48,445 bases of DNA from Octopus bimaculoides (Eukaryota). Positions 12,901-25,554 of the stretch are shown here, piece by piece. A program made the translations under genes and the position numbers. Position 1 is the stretch's first letter. Each line of letters begins with the position of its first letter. The notes beneath the pieces are model-generated. The model did no database searches and had not been told where the DNA came from. It saw nothing but the letters and a program-made list of their open reading frames with translations. The stretch covers positions 15,760,175 to 15,808,619 of the forward strand of contig NC_069000.1 in assembly GCF_001194135.2 (NCBI RefSeq), in the 5' to 3' direction.

Positions 12901-13769
12901 TAAATGCTTATGTTAATTTAAAAGGTTTGTCAAAAACATCTTATTTAGCTGTTGTATGTAGCACAACACTTGTCATGTCTCTGGTAACTTTTTTTCACGT
13001 AAATAAATGTTTATGTTAATTTAAAAGATTTTCCAAATTCGTTGTATGTACATAGTTTTTTTTTTTTTTGTATGGAGGGTCTTCCATACTTTTTTAATCT
13101 ATATTGTTGAATATTGACATTAGAGAATATTTTTGAATAGAAATATTACATTTCTGAATCTCCATATATATATATATGGATGGATGGATATATGCATGCA
13201 TGTATCCATCCATCCATATATATATATATGGAGATTCAGAAGTGTTTGTCCCACCAGCACCGCTTGACAACCAGTGTTGGTTTGTTTATGACTCATTACT
13301 GAGCGATTCATAAAAAGAGATTGATAGGATAAGTGTCAGACTTAAAAAAGAAAACAAATAAGTTCTGGATAATAGAAAAATTATTATTTCTAAATCCCGC
13401 AAGGACAAGACCCCCTGCCTTGTCCTTGCGGACTGTGAATTTTCGTCAGTTGCAAGTAAAACTACAAAAGCACAATTGAAAATTGAGGCCAAAATATTTT
13501 CAAATTACTAAAACTATCAAATCAACTTAAGAAATCAATAACACTAGGTTCAAAGGACTTTGTAAAGTAATATCAAACCTTACCTGTTTGAGAAGCACAG
13601 TTCAGATAAACCTTTTGAGATTGTGTTTCTGGAAGCTGCGCAGAAACTGTTTTCATCAATATCTTGGGGCTCTGCTTATGTTCCGAAATAGTTGTCCCTA
13701 ACAGCAACTGATTTGAATCATAATTTGATTGTGATGAAATGGGGAAGTTGCCTATAAGTAAAGATTAAA

Positions 13770-13827
<58 letters not shown>

Positions 13828-13841
13828 TTAATAATAATATT

Positions 13842-13878
<37 letters not shown>

Positions 13879-16808
13879 TCTTTCCACTATAGGCACAAGG
13901 CTTGAAATTTTAGATGGAAGGGGGCTAGTCGATTACATCAAACCCAGTACATGAGTGTTACTAATGACTTTGCCAGCTCGCTGCCTTGCTTAATAATAAT
14001 AATAATAATAATAATGTGAAGTATATTTGCCATTTAAATGTGGCTGACCCCTAAGGGTGGATGTTACTGTTGCTTTTAGCCCCAGGAGAACATCTCCTCC
14101 AGCTGGCTTATCGACACATATCTGTGTCCTGTCTATTTTTGCCAAGGGAAGTTATCCTTCCCATCTTGATCTGCGATATGTACGGACCCGAGTTTCAGGG
14201 TTATTTCCCTTCTTCAGCGTACGATAATCGCCGACCTTTGATGAGAATGACAATCCCTTGGCAATATATAAGTCTTTTTCCAGTGAAGTTATTCACTGAT
14301 ATCGAAAAAGTGAAAACAAGCAATGTNNNNNNNNNNNNNNNNNNNNNNNNNNNNNNNNNNNNNNNNNNNNNNNNNNNNNNNNNNNNNNNNNNNNNNNNNN
14401 NNNNNNNNNNNNNNNNNNNNNNNNNNNNNNNNNNNNNNNNNNNNNNNNNNNNNNNNNNNNNNNNNNNNNNNNNNNNNNNNNNNNNNNNNNNNNNNNNNNN
14501 NNNNNNNNNNNNNNNNNNNNNNNNNNNNNNNNNNNNNNNNNNNNNNNNNNNNNNNNNNNNNNNNNNNNNNNNNNNNNNNNNNNNNNNNNNNNNNNNNNNN
14601 NNNNNNNNNNNNNNNNNNNNNNNNNNNNNNNNNNNNNNNNNNNNNNNNNNNNNNNNNNNNNNNNNNNNNNNNNNNNNNNNNNNNNNNNNNNNNNNNNNNN
14701 NNNNNNNNNNNNNNNNNNNNNNNNNNNNNNNNNNNNNNNNNNNNNNNNNNNNNNNNNNNNNNNNNNNNNNNNNNNNNNNNNNNNNNNNNNNNNNNNNNNN
14801 NNNNNNNNNNNNNNNNNNNNNNNNNNNNNNNNNNNNNNNNNNNNNNNNNNNNNNNNNNNNNNNNNNNNNNNNNNNNNNNNNNNNNNNNNNNNNNNNNNNN
14901 NNNNNNNNNNNNNNNNNNNNNNNNNNNNNNNNNNNNNNNNNNNNNNNNNNNNNNNNNNNNNNNNNNNNNNNNNNNNNNNNNNNNNNNNNNNNNNNNNNNN
15001 NNNNNNNNNNNNNNNNNNNNNNNNNNNNNNNNNNNNNNNNNNNNNNNNNNNNNNNNNNNNNNNNNNNNNNNNNNNNNNNNNNNNNNNNNNNNNNNNNNNN
15101 NNNNNNNNNNNNNNNNNNNNNNNNNNNNNNNNNNNNNNNNNNNNNCCTGAAACTCGGGTCCGTACGTATCGCAGATCAAGATGGGAAGGATAACTTCCCT
15201 TGGCAAAAATAGACAGGTCACAGATATGTGTCGATAAGCCAGCTGGAGGAGATGTTCTCCTGGGGCTAAAAGCAACAGTAACATTCACCCTTAGGGGTCA
15301 GCCACATTTAAATGGCAAATATACTTCACTTTATAACAGAACATAATAACTGAAAAAATACCGCTAAGCACTTCATCCAGCATGCTAACAATTTTTTCTA
15401 AGTAATTTTTTGCTCCTAATTTAGGAGCAAAGCCAGCTCTGTTGAGTAAGTTGGTTAGATCATACCATCAATTCTCAATACTCAACTGGTACTTTATTTT
15501 ATTGACCATGGAGGGCTGAAAGTGGACTAAAGAGCAGACTTTGAACAGAGAACGAAAAAGAATCAGAACAAATACCACAAAGCATTTGTCCAGACATTTG
15601 GTTTGGCTTTCTAGTTGTCTAACAGCAATTATAATTGTTCTGAATATGATTTTCAGCAACACACAGCACACATGAAGCACACACACACATGTACACGCAC
15701 ACACACATGCAAATGCTTTTCTTACCAGTTTGAGAAACACCGTTGAGAGAAACTTTTTGAAATTGTGATTCTGGAAACTGCTCAGCAGTTGACTTTGGTA
15801 ATTTCTTAGGTGTGTGCTTGTCTTCCGAAATTGATGTTCCTGATGCGAACTGATCTATCTCATAATTTGAGTGGGATGATGAAGTGTTAAAGTTTCCTAT
15901 AAGTCAAGATTAAAGAAAAATAAAACAAACAAAATGAATAAATAAACATACAACTAATAATAATAATAACAATAATAATAAAAATAATCATTATTTCTGC
16001 TCTGGGCATAAGGCCCTGAAAATTTGGAGGAAGGGGACTAGTCAATTACACTGACCCCAGTGTTTCACTGGAACTTTATTTATCAACCCCGAAAGGATGA
16101 AAGGCAAAGTTGACCTCAGCAGCATTTGAACTCAGAATGTAAAGACAGACGAAACGCTGCTAAGCATTTTGCTCAACATGCTAAAAATTCTGCCAGCTTG
16201 CTGCCTTACTACTACTACTANNNNNNNNNNNNNNNNNNNNNNNNNNNNNNNNNNNNNNNNNNNNNNNNNNNNNNNNNNNNNNNNNNNNNNNNNNNNNNNN
16301 NNNNNNNNNNNNNNNNNNNNNNNNNNNNNNNNNNNNNNNNNNNNNNNNNNNNNNNNNNNNNNNNNNNNNNNNNNNNNNNNNNNNNNNNNNNNNNNNNNNN
16401 NNNNNNNNNNNNNNNNNNNNNNNNNNNNNNNNNNNNNNNNNNNNNNNNNNNNNNNNNNNNNNNNNNNNNNNNNNNNNNNNNNNNNNNNNNNNNNNNNNNN
16501 NNNNNNNNNNNNNNNNNNNNNNNNNNNNNNNNNNNNNNNNNNNNNNNNNNNNNNNNNNNNNNNNNNNNNNNNNNNNNNNNNNNNNNNNNNNNNNNNNNNN
16601 NNNNNNNNNNNNNNNNNNNNNNNNNNNNNNNNNNNNNNNNNNNNNNNNNNNNNNNNNNNNNNNNNNNNNNNNNNNNNNNNNNNNNNNNNNNNNNNNNNNN
16701 NNNNNNNNNNNNNNNNNNNNNNNNNNNNNNNNNNNNNNNNNNNNNNNNNNNNNNNNNNNNNNNNNNNNNNNNNNNNNNNNNNNNNNNNNNNNNNNNNNNN
16801 NNNNNNNN

Positions 16809-16855
<47 letters not shown>

Positions 16856-19102
16856 CATGTGTATTTATGCATGTGTGTCTTTGTGTGTGTGTGTGTGTGA
16901 TTGTGTGTGTGTACAAGCATATGTGTATAACTTCCACTACTAACTCTCAAAATCCTTCTTCAGCTGCCTTGTGTCATGTCCATTTTTCTCAAGATGTTGC
17001 AGTCTCTTCAGTTTTTTCTCTTTAATAGCTGCCTCTCGTGCTAGCTCAATGTTTGCTGCTAATTGCTGGAAATGTATTTCCTGGGCTTCCTACAACAGAA
17101 AAAGCAAATTCATAAAGCAGATCTACGATTAGGCCACTCCACCAATGTCCACTCCTTCGTTTCTTCACTTATAGTCTTGTATCTACAACAATATTATCCA
17201 ATCTGTCCTCCATTTTCTAAGCTCATACAATGTGATTTGAGGATGAATTGACTGCTATTTTCAGCAGCTTAAGTGACAAAATAAAGGCTCATTTGTTGAA
17301 TCATATTAAACAGATTTCTGACATAGGTACAAAGCCAGTTTATGTAGCAGAGAGATTATTGTTACTCAAATTAATACCAGGATATTGATATTTATTTGAT
17401 CAAAATTAGTAAGTAGATCAGATATAAGAAGAATGTTTCCTTCCTGAGCCATGCCAGGCTCAAAAGGGCTGGTTTCCCAGTTTCGGTGGCGTATAAATTC
17501 CCCACCTGGACGGGACACCAATCTGTTGCAGGGTTACTCATTTTTGCCAGCTGAGTGGACTGAAGTAACATGAAGTGAAGTGCTTTGCTCAAGAACACAA
17601 CGCATCGCCTGGTCCAGGAATCGAAACCACAATCTTACGATCGTGAGTCCAACACCCTAACCACTAAGCCACACACCTCCACAGATCAGACATAAGTCTA
17701 TAATATTATAGTGTGTGAATTCAAATGCTTCACAGGTATATCACTGTCAACCTGGGCAGGACATTTTATTCTATATTACATCGGTTCACCAAGCTGTTGG
17801 AGTAGGGACCTCACGATGTGGGAGGAATAACCAACGAGAGACTAGTGTTCCATCCCGAGCAGAGACTTATTTATGTCTCTTCTCTGTTTAAGGCAAAGGG
17901 AACTCAAAGCAAGCAACAGTCCTATTGATCATGGATAATTTCATCAAGTTAACATTTCATTCAGTTCATTTCACCAGACCTAAGGGATGCAACACAAAAT
18001 GACTGTTGAAATATAATGGCTTTGACCTCTCTAATTTACAAATTCAGCCAGTGAAGCAGGCTGAGGACTGTAGAGAGATGTATGATGCCTAGAAGCATAA
18101 TATAATTAACAGCTGTTGTATAAATAGAACTTAAAGCCATATTTTCAGTGATGTAGCAGCTTAACTCCAGTGATGCTTTGTTGATTACACTGTGTAACAA
18201 TTTCTTTTTTCTTTTTTATTGTCTCTGGTCAGTAAGTGTTATTTCCTATTTGTTTCTATTTAGAAATCAAAGAAAATGACTGCTTTTCTCTTCAAACTTT
18301 TCTTTTGCGTGGCCATTAATGCTTTGAAACTGATCTATTTTCCATTACATTTCAGACAGATTCGGTGCTGAGTAGCTGAAGCAGAAATATCGTTACAGCA
18401 AATATTCTACTCAATACCACAAATTTGCTTGTTAGTTGCTTGGCCTTAACCAGTTGAGCATGTTCTTTAGTGGCTGACATTTTGTACATCTCTGATGATG
18501 AGCAGGAATAGTCGGGGAACATCGTAGCCATGTGTTGAAAGGGATTCTTTGGCAAAGTTTGAAGGAAATATTAGCCCTTTTTCATACTTTCTAGGGGTAA
18601 CGAAATAGGAAATAACAGTTACTACCCAAGGACAAAAACCATGTCACACAGCATTATGAAAGGAAGTTATGATCGTTGTTTTTAGCCCATGATTAACCAT
18701 GAAGGAGCAAATCTATAATAAAAAATGTTCTATGACCTTTTTTTTAAACATTGTGTATCTTGGACCACATTATTTAAAAAATGATTTACTTTGAGGAAAA
18801 TTTAGCTGCTATTTCTAGGAATTACATTGAGGAGGGTTACCCCACTGTGTAGGGAAGTAAATGTGTTAGATACTCTTTTACTCTTTTACTTGTTTTAGTC
18901 ATTTGACTGCGGCCATGCTGGAGCACCACCTTTAGTTGAGAAAATCGACCCCAGGACTTATTTTTTGTAAGCCTAGTACTTATTCTATCGGTCTCTTTTT
19001 GCCGAACCGCTAAGTTACAGGGACGTAAACACACCAGCATCGGTTGTCAAGCGATGGTGGGGGGACAAACACAGACACACAAACACACATACATATACAT
19101 GT

Positions 19103-19183
<81 letters not shown>

Positions 19184-20835
19184 TATGACGGGCTTCTTTC
19201 AGTTTCCGTCTACCAAATCCACTCACAAGGCTTTGGTCGGCCCGAGGCTATAGTAGAAGACACTTGCCCAAGGTGCCATGCAGTGGGACCGAACCCGGAA
19301 AACTGTTAATGTTAAGAATTTATATACTCACCTTTTTCTTTTTCTCCAACTGAATCTCCGTTTCATGAAGCTTTTGTAATATCTTCTGCTCTTCCAGCAT
19401 CTTTCGTTCAGCCTCAGCATCTTCCAGCTGCTTCTGTTTCCACTGTAGTTCTTTGGCTTTCTTCTGTTCATCAATCTGGGCTTTCAGTTCCAACTGACAT
19501 CAAAATGCAGCGAATGCTACCAATTTATTTATTTGAATGATTTCAAGGTAATTTTCTCAAATCAATTCTCACTTATTCCTTACCACTATTGCCTCATTCT
19601 TAAGTAGCTTTCACTTATTTCTCTGACGGAATTCTAGTTTAAGCACCCCATATAACTTCTCGTAACTTTTACCAATTGGAATTTTCTGAAAATTTATGCG
19701 AATTTGTTCGACACACAGGAATTCATATGATTAAGAAGAAAAAAACATATATTTAAGAGGCAAGACACTCGCCCAAGACGTTACGCAGTGAGATTGAACC
19801 CATAACCTCATAGTTGCATAGCGCATTTTTAACCACTCTTTCATGTTACGTAAAACTGTATTTACAGAAAAGATTATGAGAAAAACGTATACGTTCATGA
19901 AAAAAAAAATCTAGGAATTTCTAGTTATAACAAATCCTGCCAAGGGAAATAACTCTCACTTGTTTCCACTAATCTTCCAAGGAAATAAAATTCATAAAAG
20001 CTCATAAACTCAGTTGTTGTTGGCATTCCGTCGCTTACGACGTCGAGGGTTCCAGTTGATCCGATCAACGGAACAGCCTGCTCGTGAAATTAACGTGCAA
20101 GTGGCTGAGCACTCCACAGACACGTGTACCCTTAACGTAGTTCTCGGAGATATTCAGCTTGACACAGTGTGACAAGGCTGACCCTTTGAATTACAGGCAC
20201 AACAGAAACAGGAAATAAGAGTGAGAGAAAGTTGTGGTGAAAGAGTACAGCAGGGTTCGCCACGATTCTCTGCCAGAGCCTCGGGGAGCTTTCGGTGTTT
20301 TCGCTCAATAAACACTCACAACGCCCGGTCTGGGAATCGAAACCGCGATCCTATGACCGCGAGTCCGCTGCCCTAACCACTGGGCCACTGCGCCTCCATC
20401 ATAAACTCAGTACACATAGAATATTACACCCATCATAAACTAACGTNNNNNNNNNNNNNNNNNNNNNNNNNNNNNNNNNNNNNNNNNNNNNNNNNNNNNN
20501 NNNNNNNNNNNNNNNNNNNNNNNNNNNNNNNNNNNNNNNNNNNNNNNNNNNNNNNNNNNNNNNNNNNNNNNNNNNNNNNNNNNNNNNNNNNNNNNNNNNN
20601 AGAGAGAATTTTCGAAAATTCACACGACTCGATTTTTCCCACAAATCTTTTTTTTATAATCGTAATCTATGCCATTTGTAAGGTATTTCTATAACACTTC
20701 ATAAATATATATCCATTTTCCTGGACATTATGTGGGAAAAATCAGCTCGTGAGAATTTTCCGAAAGTCCTCTCCACATCCCCACCCCACCCCGTTCGTTT
20801 TCGTTTTCTACACATTTTTTCACACTTATTAGAAT

Positions 20836-20870
<35 letters not shown>

Positions 20871-23800
20871 GTGATTGGCTGTTAAACTATATATTAACCA
20901 GAACAACAAAGCGAGCTGACAGATTCGTTAGCACGCCGGTCAAAATGCTTAGCGGCATTTCGTCCGTCTTTACATTCTGAATTCAAATTTCGCCAAGGTC
21001 GATTTCGTCTGTCATCCTTTCGGGGTCGATAAAATAAGTACTAGTTGAACACGGGGAGGGTGGGATGTCGACTTAATGGATATGTGCTCTTCCCTTTAAC
21101 TTGCTGGCTTTGTGCCAAAATTTAAAACCAATAAGAACAACAACAAGAATAATAGTTCTTTCTGATGTTAGCATATAGCCAGTAGTTTTGAGGAGAGGGG
21201 CAAGTCAATTACACCGACTCCAGTTATGGTAAATTTCGTATGATAACGAACACTTTCAATGGAGGAGAAAGACTCCCTTCGCCAGGGGAAATAACTTCTC
21301 TGGAGATAATATTCGTCAAGGGAGATAACTCGTTTTTGTATAATTCTCTTTTACTCTTTTACTTGTTTCAGTCATTTGACTGCGGCCGTGCTGGAGCACC
21401 ACCTTTAGTCGAGGAAATCGACCCCAGGATATATTCTTTGGATGCCTCGTACTTATTCTATCGGTTTCTTTTGCCGAACCACTAAGTTACACCAGAAAAA
21501 GTCCACAGATTTTGAGAATGGGTATAATCAGTTACACAGACATAGTTCCATACTGGTTTTTACTTTATCAACCTTAAAACATAGAGATGTAAGTAAATAC
21601 TACCCGGTATTTTGTTCACCATTCTACCAACCCCATACACTTTTCAGCTACAAATACACTAATTCACGATGTATGTTTTTCCAATTATAAATCTAATTTT
21701 GGCACAAGGCCAGTAATTTTTAGGTTAAGAGTAAATCGATAACATGGAACCTGTTATTTGACTGGAACTTTATTTTATCTACTCCAGCATTTGACTGATA
21801 CTTTATATTATCAAGCCTGAAAGGATGAAAGGCGAAGTTGACCTCGGTGGGACTTGAGTTCACCACACGAGGAACCAGGACAAGAGGAAGAGAGGTGAAT
21901 GAGCCAGAAGTGCCTGAGTAGAGGTGACATGTGACCAGCCTGCTCTGTGTTGCAGAAGTCACTGTTGTTATCAGTAGAAAAGGTAGAGTGGAAAGTCTGC
22001 TCACTCGTGGACCAAAAGCTGGAGTGTGAATCCATGCTCGTCAGTTGTGTGGGTTTTTTTTTTTTCTTAATTTTTGTGTTTGAATGCAATCTAGAACGTC
22101 TGTGTGTTGCATCAACAGCACTGTTACAGATCAGAATGTAACATGCTAGGCATGGCTGTTTGGATGTTCTGAGAAATGTGTACTTCTTTAGGCTTCACAC
22201 CAACAACCATTCCAATCCTTCTTCCCCAGAACATTACATCCTCCCTCAGAAATTCCCTCCTTCCCTAACTTTTTCCTGTAGCTGTGAACATGCAGTTGTT
22301 CAATAACACAGGCCGTATTGACACCCACCTTTCTCAGAGAACACAACCCCTTTCCTCAAGACCAAACCAACAAAGACAAAATACAATCACCATTGTCTCT
22401 ATCTTCATACATCAGCCACACTAGTGTCATTATAAGGCATTGACATACATTACAGGTCTAGGAGCCCAATTCCAATCTTTGCTGTCGCTTGCTATTAATA
22501 AATATACACAGTAGAACTCAATGCATTGATTGCTTCAGGCCTATCACACTGTGTAACATTATTTTTGTCCTTGGGTAGCAACTGTTATTTCCTATTTGCT
22601 TAACACTAGAAAATATAAAAAATTACTAATATTTCCTTCAAACTTTGGCTTTCTTACATTTATTCAAACCCCAAGAATCCATCTCTACACAAAGCTATTA
22701 TGTTCCCCCCCACTACTGCTCATCATCAAAGATGCATATATTTTCAGCCACTAAGGGACATGCTCAAGTAGTTATGGTCAAGCAACTGACAAGCAAATTT
22801 GTGATATTGAGCAGAATATTAGCTGCAATGATATTTCTGCTTCAGCAACTCAGTGCTGAATCTGTCTTAAATGTAATGGAAGACAGGTCAGTTTCAAAAG
22901 CAAAGTTTGAAAGGAACAGTAGTCATTTCCTTTGATTTCTAGATAGAAAATAAGAAATAATACTTACTGACCAAAGAGAAAAAAAATTTTTTTACACAGT
23001 ATAATACAGTAGTACCTCGGTTTTCAAACATCTCTGATCACGAACAAATCGTGCNNNNNNNNNNNNNNNNNNNNNNNNNNNNNNNNNNNNNNNNNNNNNN
23101 NNNNNNNNNNNNNNNNNNNNNNNNNNNNNNNNNNNNNNNNNNNNNNNNNNNNNNNNNNNNNNNNNNNNNNNNNNNNNNNNNNNNNNNNNNNNNNTTTATT
23201 CATGGTCGGGGGCGTTTGTAAACTGAAGTACTACTGTATTAAATGAATATGAGAAAGACAGGAGATAAAGCACGACTTATTTGTGATAAGAGTTGTTCGA
23301 AAACCTAGCTACTACTGTACTACTAAAACAGCCCTGAGCAACACTACTAATACTTCTACAGTATGAGTATATACTAGTATCAACACATACACACAAACAC
23401 ATACAAATACACCTAGTAACACACACAAAACCTGTATATATACAACATGCTACGTAAACTATTCAGTAATAGACAAATTACCATTAGCTCTTGATTTTTG
23501 CGTTTTTTCTCTTCAAGCTGTTGCTGAGTGATTGGATCCGTGTGAATGGTAAGGGCCCCTCGCAGATGAGACCTGCAAGAAGATAAATGGAAATAAATCT
23601 TGAATTAAAATATTTCTTTTTCGTTTGTTTATGAAACCAGACAAGGCATGAGCATGGCTGTGTGGTTAAGAAACTTGTTTCGCAACCATATGGCTTTGGT
23701 TTCAGTCCCACTGCACAGCATCCTGGGAAAGTGTCTTCAGCTATAGTCTCAGACCAACCAATGATACCTTGTGAGTGAATTTAATAGATATAAAATGTGT

Positions 23801-25489
23801 AGAAACCAGTGATACACACATAAGCACTCACACACACATATACATACAGACATATATATGTGAGTGGATTCGGTAGATGGAAATTGAAAGAAGCCTGTTT
23901 TGTGTGTGTGTGTATATATGTGTGTGTGTGTGTGTGTATATATGTGTGTGTGTGTGTGTGTATATATGTGTGTGTGTGTATGTATGTATGTATATGTTTG
24001 TGTCTCCCACTTCCCCACCATCACTTGACAACTGATGCTGGTGTGTTTACGTCCTCATAACTTAGCGGTTCAGCAACAGAGACTGATAGAATAAGTACTA
24101 GGCTTACAGAAAATAAGTCCTGAGGTCAACATGTTCAGCTAATGGCAGTGCTCCAGCATGGCCACAGTCAAATGACTGAAACATATAAAAGAATAAAAGA
24201 ATATTTGAACATACAGCAAGTAGAATATTTTGGCTAGGTATGGCCGGTTTAAATGTTAAAGGGTTAACACAGTTCTCACGAAGATTCAGCATGACACAGA
24301 ACGTGACAAGACTGGTCCTTTGAAATACAGGTACTGCACATTTTTGCCAGCTGAGTGGACTGTTGCAACGTAAAATAAAGTGTCTTGCTGAAGAACACAA
24401 TGTGTCACCAGGAATTAAACTCACAACCTTGTGATCATGAGCTGAGTATCCTAACCATTAAGCCATGTGCCTTAACATAATATACTATACTTATGTATTC
24501 TTGAGCTCTCAGGTGGAGATTCTATCCTGCTGGATTCTGCTTGTTGGTGTTTTCCTGCTTCATGGAGTATTCTGGGGCTTTTCTCTTCTTTTTTCTGATC
24601 TGTATAGAATAATAATAATATAGAATAATGAACAAAGTGAATTAAATAATAAATGAAAATTGATCAATAATAATGTCTTCTACATAAGGCCTGAAATTTT
24701 GGGGGAGAGGACCAGTTGATTAGATCGACCCCAGTATGCAACTGGTGCTTAGTTTATTGACCCCGGAAGGATAAAAGGCAAAGTCAACCTCGGCGGAATT
24801 TGAACTCAGAACGTAAAGACAGACGAAAAGGTAGAGTCAAATAGATGAGAAAGTTAGCGAAGCAGTTACATAGGTTTGAAACATCTTCCACTAAGATAAC
24901 TAGTATCTTAGCATAATGAAGTTACCACACAGCCAAACTCCCACACCTAATTGATACAGACACACAGACTGTAGGAATAAATATCTTCAAGAAAATATGT
25001 TTTATTCACCTAATTCTTCCAGAGAATTCAGTTGCTCTCTTCTTTGGCTATCTTCATAATTTTGACCATCTTTTTGCTGTATTAAATGATAAAAATGGAT
25101 TTCAAAATGAAGCCATGGAATTAATATGAAATATATATAAATAAATGAATAAATATATATATATATATTTATTTATTTATTTATTTATATATACAGGTAT
25201 ACCTTGGCTTAAGTCGTTTTGATTTAAGTCGTGCTCATTTATATGTTGGGTTTGAAAAATAAAAATCAAGTCAGGTCACTGTACTCGACTTTATATCTGT
25301 CCACCACAAATATTGGAACCGTAAAATCACTAGAAAACCGTTAAAAGCACACAAAACCATGTTACTGTACAATAAATAAGCTGCCAGGAAATGGGCTGCT
25401 ATTGGTTACATGGTGTTGTCAGAGTGAGATCAACAAGTTAACAACAGCAGTTCCATTAGAAGGGGAAATTTCTTGGACTACATGGCTGG

Positions 25490-25554
<65 letters not shown>

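Noticed and set aside
20330-20398. tRNA-like heads of SINE families A, B and C
   Set aside because: They have A/B boxes but no complete acceptor stem, and continue into repeat bodies.
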